A stretch of 64,000 nucleotides of DNA from a virus (taxonomy: Duplodnaviria; Caudoviricetes): positions 32,001 to 96,000 of the IMG/VR virus record IMGVR_UViG_2799112265_000001; one strand, given 5' to 3'. Below, one piece after another: positions 1-10,119 of the stretch. The notes under the pieces are model-generated. The model made no database searches. It was given only the letters and a program-made list of their open reading frames with translations, and was not told the origin of the DNA. Made by a program: the position numbers and the translations under genes. How positions within the stretch are numbered: the stretch's first letter is position 1; every line of letters begins with the position of its first letter.

Positions 1-61
1 CGCTGGCGGTTGCTCTCCGCCAACAAGAAGAACAGTACACCATCCGGAAACGTGCTGGCAA
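1..61 (-). promoter_or_regulatory. AGAGCAA leader module copy 1 with class I promoter; target gene lies left of the window
   Basis: Minus strand TTGCCA-N18-TACTGT then GTTGGCGG-AGAGCAA-CCGCCAGC. Confidence 0.85.
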
Positions 62-103
62 GTAGGGGTCTGAGCCCCGAGGAAGCCCAGACCCCACGGC
101 CCG

Positions 104-1195
104 TCAGGCGGCGAGCGCGTACCGGCCACGCAGCAAACTCAGGCGCCCCACGTACATGGCGGCCGAGTACCGGCTGATCTCCCGGCCGATCGCCGTACCC
201 GCCGGGGGCCTGGCGGCCGGCCCGTACTTCGCGTCCAGCTCGGCCGCACGCCGGATGATCTCCGCCATCGACAAGCCGTGCTTGAAGTCGGCCCCCACGA
301 CCACCTCGGTCCGGGCGTAGGCGGCCGCGAGCTCCGGCACCTGCCGCGCCCCGTTGATCAAGTCGTTGTTGCAGCCCAGCACGCAGAACACGCACGACAG
401 GCGCCGGTTACCCCAGTCGTACGCCGGGTGGTACGGCAGACCCGACACGGCTATCTCCCGCCACACGGCCGCGTCGCTCCACGAGTGGATCGGCCGCCAG
501 GTGGTGATGTGCCGCTTCCCGTTGCTCGCCCCGCGGTCGATCTCCACCTCGGCGAGCTGCGCACGCTGGCTGCTCTCCGCCGCGCGCTGCCCGATGCACG
601 CCAGGATGCGCACCGGACGCCCCAGGTGCGCCAGCTCGGCCGTGAGCCGCGTGTACAGCCTGCGGATCGGGCCGCGCTTCACATCCGAGGTGCACCAGCG
701 CGCTTGACTCGACGGCCACGCCGGCGCCACCTCCGCCGTCGCGGGGTCCTCGCCACGCTCGACGGCTTCCCGCTCGGCCTTCGCCTTCAGCTTCCCGTAG
801 CGGATCTCGACCCGGTCGAGGAGATCGGCGCCCTCGGCCTGAACGACCTCGAACCGCTGCACCCCGAGCAAGCGGGCCTGCTCGGCGGCCAGCTCCCGCG
901 TGCCGGCCCACTCGACCCGGCCCAGATCCGCATGGACGACGATGACCTTGTGCAGCATCCCGAGGGCCTTCGCGCGCCGCACGACGTACGACGCCATGGC
1001 CTGACTGTCCTTACCTCCCGACGACGAGATGACTACCCGGTCCGCATCGCGGATCAGCTCGTCGGGGACGGTCGTCCACGGGGTGAGGGGCACGGACGCG
1101 TGCACGGTCTTCCGCCGCGTCGGCTTGGGCTTCGGAGGGACGGGCGGCTCCTCGGCCTGGACGGCGGGGAGGTCGAACAGCATGGCGGCCTGCAT
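104..1195 (-). CDS. PAPS reductase family protein (PP-loop)
   Basis: SSSGGKDS PP-loop, WCTSDVKRGP, GQRAAES, RPIHSWS and RLSCVFC motifs. Confidence 0.85.
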   Translation of the reverse strand: MQAAMLFDLPAVQAEEPPVPPKPKPTRRKTVHASVPLTPWTTVPDELIRDADRVVISSSGGKDSQAMASYVVRRAKALGMLHKVIVVHADLGRVEWAGTRELAAEQARLLGVQRFEVVQAEGADLLDRVEIRYGKLKAKAEREAVERGEDPATAEVAPAWPSSQARWCTSDVKRGPIRRLYTRLTAELAHLGRPVRILACIGQRAAESSQRAQLAEVEIDRGASNGKRHITTWRPIHSWSDAAVWREIAVSGLPYHPAYDWGNRRLSCVFCVLGCNNDLINGARQVPELAAAYARTEVVVGADFKHGLSMAEIIRRAAELDAKYGPAARPPAGTAIGREISRYSAAMYVGRLSLLRGRYALAA

Positions 1196-1272
1196 GGCGG
1201 AGTCCTCGGAGTGGGGCAGGGGCAGGGGCGCGGGGTGCGGGGCGCGGATCGGTGTCCGCGCCCCGCAAGAGG

Positions 1273-1515
1273 TCAGAACTCGTCGTAGACCGTGGTGTCG
1301 TTGACGGTGACGAGCAGCGGCACGGTGTCGCCGGACAGGAGACCCGCAGGGATGCCGTCGGTGTCCACGTGCACGGACACGACGAGCTGCCCGCGCTCGG
1401 CGTCGACGTAGAAGTGCACGGCCGCGCCCGCGACCCGAATGGCGGGGTGCTTTCCGTTGGGCTCCAGGGTGGCGGCGAGGTTCAGTTCACGGGCGACGGC
1501 GGGACTGACGTTCAC
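1273..1515 (-). CDS. hypothetical protein
   Basis: GAAAGG RBS, GTG start, co-oriented with neighbours. Confidence 0.7.
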   Translation of the reverse strand: MNVSPAVARELNLAATLEPNGKHPAIRVAGAAVHFYVDAERGQLVVSVHVDTDGIPAGLLSGDTVPLLVTVNDTTVYDEF

Positions 1516-1557
1516 GGATGGCGCCTTTCAGCGGTACGAGGTGCGGTGGATGGTGAG

Positions 1558-1583
1558 CCGGGGCGCGGTGCTGCGCCCCGGCG
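1558..1583. repeat. GGGGCGC...GCGCCCC intergenic hairpin family member
   Basis: CCGGGGCGCGGTGCTGCGCCCCGG; its reverse complement recurs at about 8043. Confidence 0.7.
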
Positions 1584-1594
1584 GGGTGGAGCTG

Positions 1595-2422
1595 CTACGC
1601 GGGGACCGTGGCGGGCCGGGGGTGACGGGCCAGCAGGACGGGGCCCTCCTTGTCGAGCCAGCGGGCGACCGCCCACGCGGTGACGGCGGACTCCTCGACG
1701 GGCGTCAGACCCTCCGGGGCACGGAACACCTGGCCCTCGAAGTCGTCGGCCGGGGTGTAGAGCTGCACGCTCCACGGCTCGTCATGCGCGGTCGCGGCCC
1801 GGTCGGCGTACTCGTCCGAGCTGATCACCAGCCGCAGACCCGCATCCGCATCGGCCAGGTCGTCGGTGCGGTCGACGGCCACCAGGACGTGCGAGGCGCC
1901 CGCGTAGCGCTGGAGGAAGGCGGGGACGCCGTACGCGCGGAGAGCGGCGCACAGCTTGTCTCCCTCGGACGGTCCGGCGATCTCGGCGGCGGCCAGAGCA
2001 GCGGCGAGCGGGTACCGGCCCTCGGCTCGGACGCCCGGCGGGGTGAGGATGATCCGGGTCAACCGCTCGACGTCGTTCGGGCAGCCCTCTCGGTACTCCT
2101 GCACTCCCCACCCGGCGGCCCAGAACAGCCCGGCCCAGTCGAGGAGGAGGTCCTCCCTCGTCTCGCGGAGCGCCTTGTAGTCGATGGCGGCGCCCGGCTC
2201 GGCCGCGTCCTGCACGAGGTAGTCCATGACCACCTCGCCGGAGCGGGCACGCGGGTCCAGGTAGGCGCCGGCCTCGATGCACTCGTGGTGCTCGTTGAAC
2301 ACGGCGAGCGGCCGGTCAGCCTCCGTCAGGACCGCGATGGCCGCCCGGACCTGGGGGGACTTCAGGCTCGCGGGGAGCGCGCCGGTCGTCCGGAGGGCGG
2401 ATGCGGGCGGGTTGAGCTGCAT
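1595..2422 (-). CDS. hypothetical protein (MQLNPPAS...)
   Basis: ATG directly after leader copy 2. Confidence 0.8.
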   Translation of the reverse strand: MQLNPPASALRTTGALPASLKSPQVRAAIAVLTEADRPLAVFNEHHECIEAGAYLDPRARSGEVVMDYLVQDAAEPGAAIDYKALRETREDLLLDWAGLFWAAGWGVQEYREGCPNDVERLTRIILTPPGVRAEGRYPLAAALAAAEIAGPSEGDKLCAALRAYGVPAFLQRYAGASHVLVAVDRTDDLADADAGLRLVISSDEYADRAATAHDEPWSVQLYTPADDFEGQVFRAPEGLTPVEESAVTAWAVARWLDKEGPVLLARHPRPATVPA

Positions 2423-2509
2423 GGGGTGTTCCTTCGATTCGGGGTTGGTGCCAGCGGTTGCTCTCCGCCAACAGGAAGAACAGTACACCATTCGGAAACG
2501 CGCTGACAG
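2423..2509 (-). promoter_or_regulatory. AGAGCAA leader module copy 2 with class I promoter
   Basis: TTCCGAATGGTGTACTGT; GTTGGCGG-AGAGCAA-CCGCTGGC; CCGAATCGAAGGAACACCCC-ATG. Confidence 0.9.
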
Positions 2510-2577
2510 GGGGAGTGCTGGGGAGTTTTCAGGGGTCGGGGCACGCCGTGACGCGCCCCGGCCGGTGAGGGAAGTGG

Positions 2578-3147
2578 CTAGCCGCGCGGGGCGGCGGGCT
2601 CCTCGACGGGGGCCTCCACAGCCCGGGTGACGAAGTCGTTGCCCTGGACGGTCCAGACGTCCTGCCGGTCGATGACCCCGCCGGACTTCCAGGTGCACAG
2701 GAACGACAGGGGGACGTGCCCGGCCTCGCGGACCTCGTCCATGTTCAGGACGGTCCCGGTCCACGAGTACACCGACCGGTCCGGGTGGCTGCCCCGGCCG
2801 AAGTCCAGGGATTCGAGACGGACGCGCATCCCGTCCTCGCGGACGATGTCGCCCTCGGTGAGTTCGCTGGACTTCTTGTAGACGAGCGTGGTGGCGGGGC
2901 GGACGTCGGCCAGCAGGGGGGCGTCGTTGTCGCCGTCCTCGAACTCGACACGGGCGATGACCTGTCCGGCGCCCGTCCATACGTCGCGCAGTCGGCCCCG
3001 ACCGCCCGGCACGAAGTAGGGGCCCTCGGGGGACTCGACCGTGCGGCCGTCGTACTCGACCAGCGCGCCGAGCTGGAGTCCGGACGCCTTGATGGCGGCC
3101 ATGACGTCCACCGGGGCGGAGGAGGGCGCGGGGGCGTTCTGGTTCAT
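2578..3147 (-). CDS. hypothetical protein
   Basis: GAAGGAG RBS, GC3-rich ORF. Confidence 0.8.
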   Translation of the reverse strand: MNQNAPAPSSAPVDVMAAIKASGLQLGALVEYDGRTVESPEGPYFVPGGRGRLRDVWTGAGQVIARVEFEDGDNDAPLLADVRPATTLVYKKSSELTEGDIVREDGMRVRLESLDFGRGSHPDRSVYSWTGTVLNMDEVREAGHVPLSFLCTWKSGGVIDRQDVWTVQGNDFVTRAVEAPVEEPAAPRG

Positions 3148-3247
3148 CGGTGGTGCTCCTTCGTGCGGGGCGCAGCAGATCGGGGGGGGAGAGTGCCGGG
3201 GCGCGGCGGATACGGTCGCGCCCCGGCGGGAGAGGTGACCGGACCGG

Positions 3248-3673
3248 TCAGATGACGTCGGTGACGTCGTAGAAGCTGGCCAGGCCGCGCGTGAACCGCT
3301 CCAGGGAGAGCGTCAGCGTGGGCTCGGCGAACTCGTCGCGGACGGCCTTCTCGTAGGACAGCTCGGCCAGGGCGAGGGTGCTGTGGTCGCTGGCCATGTG
3401 ACGGTGGATCGACCAGTAGTCGACGGCCCAGCGGAGCTTCTGCGTGACCGGGTCGATGTACTCGACGCACCGGATGATCAGGTCGGCGTGCCCGTCCGCG
3501 CCGTTGATGACGGACTCGCGGATCTTCTTGCCGCCCAGCAGGTTGAACACGAAGGCGTCGGCCTGCTCTCGGGGGGTGTCGGCGGACCCGTCGGTGTTCA
3601 CCACGGCGCGCATCGGCCCGTACTGGGCGTAGAGCTGCGCCTCGGGCTTGAGAGCCAGCAGGGCAGGGGTCAT
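3248..3673 (-). CDS. hypothetical protein (MTPALLALKP...)
   Basis: ATG after leader copy 3. Confidence 0.8.
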   Translation of the reverse strand: MTPALLALKPEAQLYAQYGPMRAVVNTDGSADTPREQADAFVFNLLGGKKIRESVINGADGHADLIIRCVEYIDPVTQKLRWAVDYWSIHRHMASDHSTLALAELSYEKAVRDEFAEPTLTLSLERFTRGLASFYDVTDVI

Positions 3674-3762
3674 CGGGGTGTCCCTTTCGCTTCGGCGGTG
3701 ACGTTGGCGGTTGCTCTCCGCCAACAAGAAGAACAGTACACCATTCGGAAACGTGCTGGCAA
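3674..3762 (-). promoter_or_regulatory. AGAGCAA leader module copy 3 with class I promoter
   Basis: TTGCCA-N18-TACTGT; GTTGGCGG-AGAGCAA-CCGCCAAC. Confidence 0.9.
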
Positions 3763-3832
3763 GGGGCCGATTCGAGGCACCTGTGGGGAACCGGGTCCCG
3801 CGCCCCTCCCCAGGGCACGGGACCCGGCATCC

Positions 3833-4657
3833 TCACGCGGCCGAAGCGAACACCCTCCGGCCGGCCGTCACCACCGGCCACACCACCACCGCGGCCCCAC
3901 CGTGCCGGCCGGACCGCTCCACCTCCGGGAACAGCTCCAACTGCGCCCCGACGAACGGCCGCTCCGCCCCCACACGCCCGGCCTCCACGGACACGACCCG
4001 CTCCGCCTCCTCCACGGCCTGCCGACCAGCCTCCGGCAGCATCCGCAGCAGCCACGCGGCCACCAGCCGCTCATCCACGGCCACCAGGTCCACACCGCCC
4101 CCCTCGGCCCACACCTCCCCGGCAACCGCCTCGTACTGCTCCCACAGCGGCCGGGACGCATCCCGCGCCGCCACGCCCCGCTCACCGGCCCCCAGACCGC
4201 GCACCAGCGCCCGCAGAACGTCCGCACGGAACACCCGGCCCCTCGTCCGCATGGTCGACGCGTCCTCCCACTCCAAGAACGCCTCGGCCGCTATGGAGCG
4301 CCTCCACTGGCCGAACACCCGCACCGCGCGCGTCGCCAGCGCCTCCACCTCGCCCAACACCCGCTCCAGCGCCACCAGGTACCCGGCCAGCGCCCGCGCC
4401 GACCCGACCACCGACAGGCGCCGCACGTCCTGCCACCCGTACCGCTCCCCGTTCCCCCAGTTCTCCTCGTACACCGACCAGCGCGGATTCACCCTCCACG
4501 GAGTCGACGCCTCCACCCCGTGCACGCCGGCCAGCGCCCACGCCACATCGTGATGCTGCTGCGCCCGCCCCTTCGACCCCGCCGGGAACACCAACTCCAC
4601 CGTGAACCGGCCCGGCGACCACTCGACAACGGACGGGACCTCGACATGAGCACTCAT
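3833..4657 (-). CDS. hypothetical protein with QLELF motif near the C-terminus
   Basis: GAGGT RBS before MSAHVEVP; G-rich codon bias differs from neighbours. Confidence 0.65.
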   Translation of the reverse strand: MSAHVEVPSVVEWSPGRFTVELVFPAGSKGRAQQHHDVAWALAGVHGVEASTPWRVNPRWSVYEENWGNGERYGWQDVRRLSVVGSARALAGYLVALERVLGEVEALATRAVRVFGQWRRSIAAEAFLEWEDASTMRTRGRVFRADVLRALVRGLGAGERGVAARDASRPLWEQYEAVAGEVWAEGGGVDLVAVDERLVAAWLLRMLPEAGRQAVEEAERVVSVEAGRVGAERPFVGAQLELFPEVERSGRHGGAAVVVWPVVTAGRRVFASAA

Positions 4658-4918
4658 GCGCTCGCTACCTCTCCAGATACGGCGGACACCCTCCGCCACG
4701 GGACCCGACCCGCTCCCACGCGGACCAGGCAGACAACGGCCCCCGCACCACACCCGGCACACCGCCGACACAAGCCCCGCCCGACAACACCCCCCAGGAA
4801 CGCCCTGGAAGAGGGCTGGGGGCTCGTTTACGGACTTGTTGGACCGTTCCATGCGCGCGTGTGTGCGAGGGGCTGTGGCGCCGCCCTGATGGCCTCGGGC
4901 GGCGCCACGGTGGTGGTG

Positions 4919-6346
4919 CTAGCGGCCGGCGTGCTCGGCGAGGGCCTCGCGGGCTGCTGCTGTGCGGAGCCGGTCGGCCTCGGCCGCGCGCTGCTCCTCG
5001 CTGAGCGGCTCCAGCCAGTAGGACGATTCGCCCGTGGTCGACTCCAGGTTCACGCCGCCGGCCTGGGCGCGGTAGCACTGCCAGTCTTCGCGTTCCGCCC
5101 ATGCGATCAGGTCGAGGGCGGCGGCCCTGTCGACGATCTCGGTACGGGGGTCGCGGCCGAACACGCGGAAGTGCTTCATCCAGTGCTCGCCCTCGCCGAG
5201 GAGGGCGGCTGCGTTCTCGGCGGCGCTGCGGATCAGGGCGGGCGCGGTGCCGAACACGGAGTCGAGGGAGGCGCGGGTGACCATCAGGTGCATGTCCGGC
5301 GGGAAGGTGCTGCCGGTGGTGCTCTCGTTGTGGCTGCGGAATGTCCAGGTGGGGCGGACCCAGGGCGCGCCGGGGCCGGCGTAGGCGGTGACGGTGGCGA
5401 CGGTGCGGGTCTGGCCCATGTGCGCGTGGATGACGTCCATGCCGGGGCGGATCATGTCGGCGCGGACGGGGAGCGCGGAGCCGTCGGCGACGGCGGCGAA
5501 CGTCTCGGCGTAGTAGGCGGCGAGTCCCGCGTCGATGTCGCCGGTCAGCTCGGCGTCCGTGGGGCGCTCGGCCGGGGCGGGGAACGTGTCGCCGGGGGTG
5601 GCGGGGCGCAGGTACACGGTCCGGCCGTCGCGGTAGACGATGTGGGCGGTCGACTTGCTTGCGGACATCCGCTTGACGGTGCGCTTCACCTGCGGCTGCA
5701 TCATCGCGGCGGTGATCTCGTCCAGGGCTTCACGGGTCGGAATGACCTCGGTGGGGCCGTCGTTGACGATCCGCACGTGCTGGCGCTCCTCGGCGGCCGG
5801 GGGGAGCGGGGCGTAGCGGCGGGTGTCGCAGTGGATGGCGCCCTGGTCGTCCTGGTGGATGAGGCGGCCCGCGCTGCGCCGGTTCTTCACGATGGTTCGG
5901 ACGTGGGTGGCGGGGATGCCCGCGTGGGCCTGGCGGCCGTCGACGTACACGGCGTGGGGGGCGTCGACGACGTCTTCGGGCAGGGGTGCGGTGTCGCGGG
6001 CGTGCTGGGCGGCGTCGCGGCCCAGCTGCTGTACGGCGGAGGTGATGGCGGCCAGGGTGCGCATCTTGCGGGAGGCGACGGCGCTGGACGCGACGGCGTC
6101 TTCGAGGCGGCCGCGGGCGCCCTTCCGCTTGGCGACGGTCCACAGCATGGTGACGGTCTCGTTCTGGAGGGCGCGGCCCAGCTCGGTTCCGGCGTAGGCG
6201 GCGGGGACGCGCATGCCGATGCGGACGACGTGGCTGGTGAGGGTGTCGCGGTCCTGGCTGGTCACGGTCACGGTGAGGTCGTGGGCGAGCGCGAGGGTGA
6301 CGATCTCGTCGGCGTTCTTGATGCCGGTACGGGGCTCAGCGGCCAT
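4919..6346 (-). CDS. hypothetical protein (MAAEPRTG..., 475 aa)
   Basis: ATG after leader copy 4; GC3-rich. Confidence 0.8.
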   Translation of the reverse strand: MAAEPRTGIKNADEIVTLALAHDLTVTVTSQDRDTLTSHVVRIGMRVPAAYAGTELGRALQNETVTMLWTVAKRKGARGRLEDAVASSAVASRKMRTLAAITSAVQQLGRDAAQHARDTAPLPEDVVDAPHAVYVDGRQAHAGIPATHVRTIVKNRRSAGRLIHQDDQGAIHCDTRRYAPLPPAAEERQHVRIVNDGPTEVIPTREALDEITAAMMQPQVKRTVKRMSASKSTAHIVYRDGRTVYLRPATPGDTFPAPAERPTDAELTGDIDAGLAAYYAETFAAVADGSALPVRADMIRPGMDVIHAHMGQTRTVATVTAYAGPGAPWVRPTWTFRSHNESTTGSTFPPDMHLMVTRASLDSVFGTAPALIRSAAENAAALLGEGEHWMKHFRVFGRDPRTEIVDRAAALDLIAWAEREDWQCYRAQAGGVNLESTTGESSYWLEPLSEEQRAAEADRLRTAAAREALAEHAGR

Positions 6347-6392
6347 GGGGTGTTCCTTCGTTCGGGGTGCGGCCCCGGTTGCTCTCCGGGGC
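6347..6392 (-). promoter_or_regulatory. AGAGCAA leader module copy 4 (no promoter box)
   Basis: GCCCCGG-AGAGCAA-CCGGGGC ... CCGAACGAAGGAACACCCC-ATG. Confidence 0.85.
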
Positions 6393-6492
6393 GGGGTGGG
6401 GCGGTGCGCCCTGCGCCTGACACCGGGGAGGGCCGGTGTGGGGGGCGGGGCGCACCGCCCGCCGTTGTGTGGGCGGGCGGTGCGGCGGGCGG

Positions 6493-6819
6493 TCAGCCGT
6501 CGGTGAGGATGCGGCGGGCGAGTCCGGCGGCCTGGGCGGCGCTGATGGCGTACACGATGACGAGGGCGGTGCCGGGGACGTCGAGGGTCTGGAGCTGGAA
6601 GTCGAGCGACTGGAGGTCGCGTTCCACGGGGTGGGACGCGGCGCGTTCGACGGCCAGGAGGTCGACGGTGAGATCCGGGTGGGCGGGCGTCCACCGGCAT
6701 CCGGTGTCGGCGAGGACGAAGTACTCCCCGGTGATCTTGCGGAGTTCCACGCGGTAGGCCGGGGCGCGGTCCATGTCTTCGGGGAGCGGCGGGGGCGTCT
6801 TGTCCAGGCTCACGGGCAC
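6493..6819 (-). CDS. hypothetical protein
   Basis: GTG after leader copy 5. Confidence 0.7.
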   Translation of the reverse strand: MPVSLDKTPPPLPEDMDRAPAYRVELRKITGEYFVLADTGCRWTPAHPDLTVDLLAVERAASHPVERDLQSLDFQLQTLDVPGTALVIVYAISAAQAAGLARRILTDG

Positions 6820-6910
6820 GGGTGTTCCTTCGTTCGGCGGTGTGGCCCGGTTGCTCTCCGGGCCCGGCGGGAAGCGCTCCCGCCGAGAAGAACAGTACAC
6901 CAGTCGGAAC
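6820..6910 (-). promoter_or_regulatory. AGAGCAA leader module copy 5 with class I promoter
   Basis: TTCCGACTGGTGTACTGT, an extra hairpin, then GGCCCGG-AGAGCAA-CCGGGCC. Confidence 0.85.
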
Positions 6911-6959
6911 GATGCGCAACACCCTTCACAGACCAATAAAGCTGCTCTGATCAGTCCCG

Positions 6960-7052
6960 TTCCGAGTGGTGTACTTTTCCGGTGTGGTCATGTACTGTCG
7001 TCATCAGTCGGGGAGAGCAACCCCGACAACCACCGCCGAACGAAGGAACACC
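6960..7052 (+). promoter_or_regulatory. AGAGCAA leader module copy 6, divergent from copy 5
   Basis: TTCCGAGTGGTGTAC box, TACTGT, GTCGGGG-AGAGCAA-CCCCGAC, CGAACGAAGGAACACC-ATG. Confidence 0.85.
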
Positions 7053-7523
7053 ATGCGTCTGCGTGCCCTCTTCACCTGTCCCGCCGCCCTCCTCGCCGCC
7101 GGACTCGCCACCGCCACCGTGGCCATCGCCGCAGTGGCCGGCATGACCCCCACCGCCGCCGCGCCCCACCCGGCCCGCACCACCACCATCGCCGCCCCCA
7201 CGGCCACCGCCGACACCGTCGCCACCTTCAACGACGGCTTCACCGACGGCCGCTCCGACGCCATCGGCGACGACAACCGGAACAACCGCGTGGAGCCCGG
7301 CGAGACCGGCTGGAGCTGCCGCACCACCCCCGCCGCCGACCTCGACCTCTGCCTCCAGGTCGCCGCCCAGCCCTCCTACTCCTGGCGCGCCCCCAGCGGC
7401 GCCACCATCGGCAACCCCAACGGCCGCGCCCTGATCGCCGACCTGGAGGTCAAGCCCGGCACCCCGCTGTGGACGGACACCCTGCGCGCCCTGCACGCCG
7501 ACTACACCGCGCACACCCGCTGA
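7053..7523 (+). CDS. putative secreted protein
   Basis: Basic then Ala-rich hydrophobic signal-like N-terminus. Confidence 0.75.
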   Translation: MRLRALFTCPAALLAAGLATATVAIAAVAGMTPTAAAPHPARTTTIAAPTATADTVATFNDGFTDGRSDAIGDDNRNNRVEPGETGWSCRTTPAADLDLCLQVAAQPSYSWRAPSGATIGNPNGRALIADLEVKPGTPLWTDTLRALHADYTAHTR

Positions 7524-7597
7524 CCCCACCGCCCACCAGCCGGGGCGCAGCCGCCGCGCCCCGGCCCCCTCCCCACCCCCACGAAAGGTGCCACCCC

Positions 7598-8026
7598 ATG
7601 GCCACGACGTTCGACCTCGACCCGTTCACGCGCCCGGTGCTGATGAGCGCCCGCCCGAACGACACGCACCCGTACGAGTACGACCCGGCCGCCGTGCGCA
7701 TCGTCCGCGCCGACCGCGTCCAGCACGGCGACGTGGTGCTCGGCGAGGTGTACGGCCACGACCCCGGCCACGCCGCCACGGTCAGCTACCTGCCGTACGG
7801 CTGCATCCCCTACGCCGCCCGGCCGCGCCCCATGGACCCCGCGTGCCCCTGCGAGCTGTGCCAGCAGCACCGTTCCGACCCGTTCACCTACCTCACGGAG
7901 CCGGTCGCGCTCACCGTGTGGCCGCGCGACGAACTCGACCTCGACCCGGTGTGCCAGTTGAACAACGCCGACGAGCTGGTGATGGTCATCCCCGCCCACC
8001 GGCTCCCCGAGCGCCCCGTCGCCTGA
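7598..8026 (+). CDS. hypothetical protein (CxCxxC)
   Basis: GAAAGG RBS, MATTFDLDPF. Confidence 0.75.
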   Translation: MATTFDLDPFTRPVLMSARPNDTHPYEYDPAAVRIVRADRVQHGDVVLGEVYGHDPGHAATVSYLPYGCIPYAARPRPMDPACPCELCQQHRSDPFTYLTEPVALTVWPRDELDLDPVCQLNNADELVMVIPAHRLPERPVA

Positions 8027-8041
8027 CCCTCCCTCGCCCTC

Positions 8042-8067
8042 GCCGGGGCGCAGCACCGCGCCCCGGC
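8042..8067. repeat. GGGGCGC...GCGCCCC intergenic hairpin family member
   Basis: GCCGGGGCGCAGCACCGCGCCCCGGC; relatives near 1235, 3195, 7540, 8538, 9470, 13481, 21715. Confidence 0.7.
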
Positions 8068-8095
8068 CCCCTCCCCCCCTGAAAGGCGCCCCCGC

Positions 8096-8527
8096 GTGTC
8101 CGTCCTGCCCCGCAGCACCCCCGCCCGCGTCCGCGACAGCCTCACCGCCGCACTGGCCGGCACTGCCGTTGAACTCACCGGGCCCGCCCCCCGCTCCGCC
8201 ATCACCTTCCTCGCCAGCTACCGGGGCGCGCAGTGGAAGGTCACGTACATGGGGCTCGGCAACCTGTGGGGCGTGACCGGCCCGGCCGGGTCCGGTACTG
8301 AGCACTCCGTCCCCCGGTTCACGGACGAGATCGCCGCCACCATCACCGCGCCGTGGCCGCAGCCGGAGAAGGCGCCCGCCGACCCGCACCCCGGCGTCCC
8401 GCGCACCCACCTCGGCGTCGACGTGCCCGAGCTGGTCCGCGCCCAGTGGAAGACTCCGCTCGGCGACGGATGGCGCCTCGGGGTGCGCTGCGCCGTGGGC
8501 AAGCTCCCCGACACCCGCCCCCGCTAG
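8096..8527 (+). CDS. hypothetical protein
   Basis: GAAAGG RBS, GTG start. Confidence 0.7.
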   Translation: MSVLPRSTPARVRDSLTAALAGTAVELTGPAPRSAITFLASYRGAQWKVTYMGLGNLWGVTGPAGSGTEHSVPRFTDEIAATITAPWPQPEKAPADPHPGVPRTHLGVDVPELVRAQWKTPLGDGWRLGVRCAVGKLPDTRPR

Positions 8528-8605
8528 AACCGCCCCCAGGGGCGCAGCACAGCCCCGCTGCGCCCCGCCCCGCCCGTACGACCACCTCAGGACTGGAGAA
8601 CCCCT

Positions 8606-8842
8606 GTGGCTGCTTCTGGCGCCCCCCTGTACCGCGACTGGACCGCGATGCGTCCCGCCGACTTCGACCAGGAAAGGCCGGCCGAGCCGGAGCGCCTGAT
8701 GGATGTGCGGCGGCCGGTGCTCGCCGAGCCGGACAAGTGCGGGACGGAGGCCCTGTTCGGGCAGGCCCCGCCGCCGCGCCGGAACCGGCAGGAGCGGCGC
8801 GGCGCCAGTGCGCCCGGTACGGGGGCCGAGACCCTGTTCTGA
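8606..8842 (+). CDS. small hypothetical protein with EALF and ETLF motifs
   Basis: GGAGA RBS, GTG start. Confidence 0.6.
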   Translation: MAASGAPLYRDWTAMRPADFDQERPAEPERLMDVRRPVLAEPDKCGTEALFGQAPPPRRNRQERRGASAPGTGAETLF

Positions 8843-8918
8843 CCGGTGCGCCGGGGGGCGGGATGTCCGGGCGTGAGTGGGTCGGCCAGGGAGCCTGAAA
8901 TTAGTTCCCCTGGCCGCC

Positions 8919-9007
8919 TTGCCAGCGCGTTTCCGAATGGTGTACTGTTTTTCTTGTTGGCGGAGAGCAACCGCCAACACCACCGCCGAACGAACGGAAC
9001 ACCCGCC
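8919..9007 (+). promoter_or_regulatory. AGAGCAA leader module copy 7 with class I promoter
   Basis: TTGCCA-N18-TACTGT; GTTGGCGG-AGAGCAA-CCGCCAAC. Confidence 0.9.
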
Positions 9008-9442
9008 ATGGCCTCCACCCGTGCCCGCGCCGCCGCCGCCGAACTCCGCAACCGCGCCCGCGCCGCCCGCGAACTCCGCACCGCCACCAAGGCCGTGGCC
9101 ACCGGCACCGCCTCCGCCTCCAACCACCTGATGGCGGGCGGCGTCACCCCCCTGGTCGCCCACAACTACGCGGCCACCCTCACCCGCAAGACCAAGAGCA
9201 TCGGCCGGACCCCGCTCGCCAGCCGCACCATCAAGAAGCGCCCCGGCAAGAAGGGCCTCACGGTCTCCCGCACCGGCGACCTCGCCCGCATGAAGCGGCA
9301 CCGCGTCGTCCCCGTCGCCCTCTGGACCCTCGAAGACCTCCGCGCCCTCGCCCTCTCCGGCTTCCGCCCGAAGAACACGCAGGTGGCCGACTTCCTCGCC
9401 GCGCTCGCCCTCGGCCGCCCCGCCGCCCGCGCCGCCGCCTGA
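9008..9442 (+). CDS. very basic hypothetical protein, possibly nucleic-acid binding
   Basis: Arg/Lys-rich 144 aa ORF after leader copy 7. Confidence 0.8.
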   Translation: MASTRARAAAAELRNRARAARELRTATKAVATGTASASNHLMAGGVTPLVAHNYAATLTRKTKSIGRTPLASRTIKKRPGKKGLTVSRTGDLARMKRHRVVPVALWTLEDLRALALSGFRPKNTQVADFLAALALGRPAARAAA

Positions 9443-9564
9443 CCGACCCTCAGACCGGCCCTCAGACCGGCCGGGGCGCAGCCCCCTCCCCCCTGCTGCG
9501 CCCCGGCCCCCCGGACACCACCACACCCGCGCCCCAGCGCGCCCTCGAACGGAGCCACCACGCC

Positions 9565-10098
9565 ATGAGCACCGCCCTCGCCCCGCTGCCCAACGCCCTC
9601 GCCGCCGCCCACCGCGCCCGCACCATCGCCGACTCGATCCGCGAGCAGCCCAACCACGACGCCGCGCTCCCGCAGCTCCTCACCGCCGCCGCCGACGTGT
9701 TCGCCACCGAGCCGCCCCAGGTGTTCGACGGAACCACCGTCACCAACACCGTCCCCGCCGACGCCATGTTCGCGCTCTGGAAGGCCGACGAGATCGCCGC
9801 CGAGACCCCCAGCAGCGGCCTCCCCGAGAACTTCACGGACTACGTGCTCGCCCCCGTCTTCCGCCGCCCCCTGCCCTTCCCCGACGCCGTCCACGCCCGC
9901 AGCGCCCAGCTCGCCCGCCAGCAGCACGTCTTGCGGGACCGGCTCACCTCGGTACACGAGACGCTCAACGCCCACCCGCTCGACACCAGCGACCGCACCA
10001 CGCACCTGATCCGTACCGCGCTCGCCCTCCACGCCGGGCTCGCCCACCTGGCCGACGTCATCCGGCTGGACAACACGCGCCCCTGCTACCGCCGCTGA
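9565..10098 (+). CDS. hypothetical protein
   Basis: GGAG RBS, GC3-rich. Confidence 0.75.
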   Translation: MSTALAPLPNALAAAHRARTIADSIREQPNHDAALPQLLTAAADVFATEPPQVFDGTTVTNTVPADAMFALWKADEIAAETPSSGLPENFTDYVLAPVFRRPLPFPDAVHARSAQLARQQHVLRDRLTSVHETLNAHPLDTSDRTTHLIRTALALHAGLAHLADVIRLDNTRPCYRR

Positions 10099-10119
10099 CC
10101 CACCCCCAGCCGGGCGGGC

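Noticed and set aside
104-1195. Complete Dnd/Ssp phosphorothioation system
   Set aside because: Only a PAPS-reductase-family gene; no partner genes in the window
3383-6757. 1124-aa plus-strand ORF
   Set aside because: Antisense shadow of minus-strand genes that have RBS and leader support; long stop-free frames are expected at this GC
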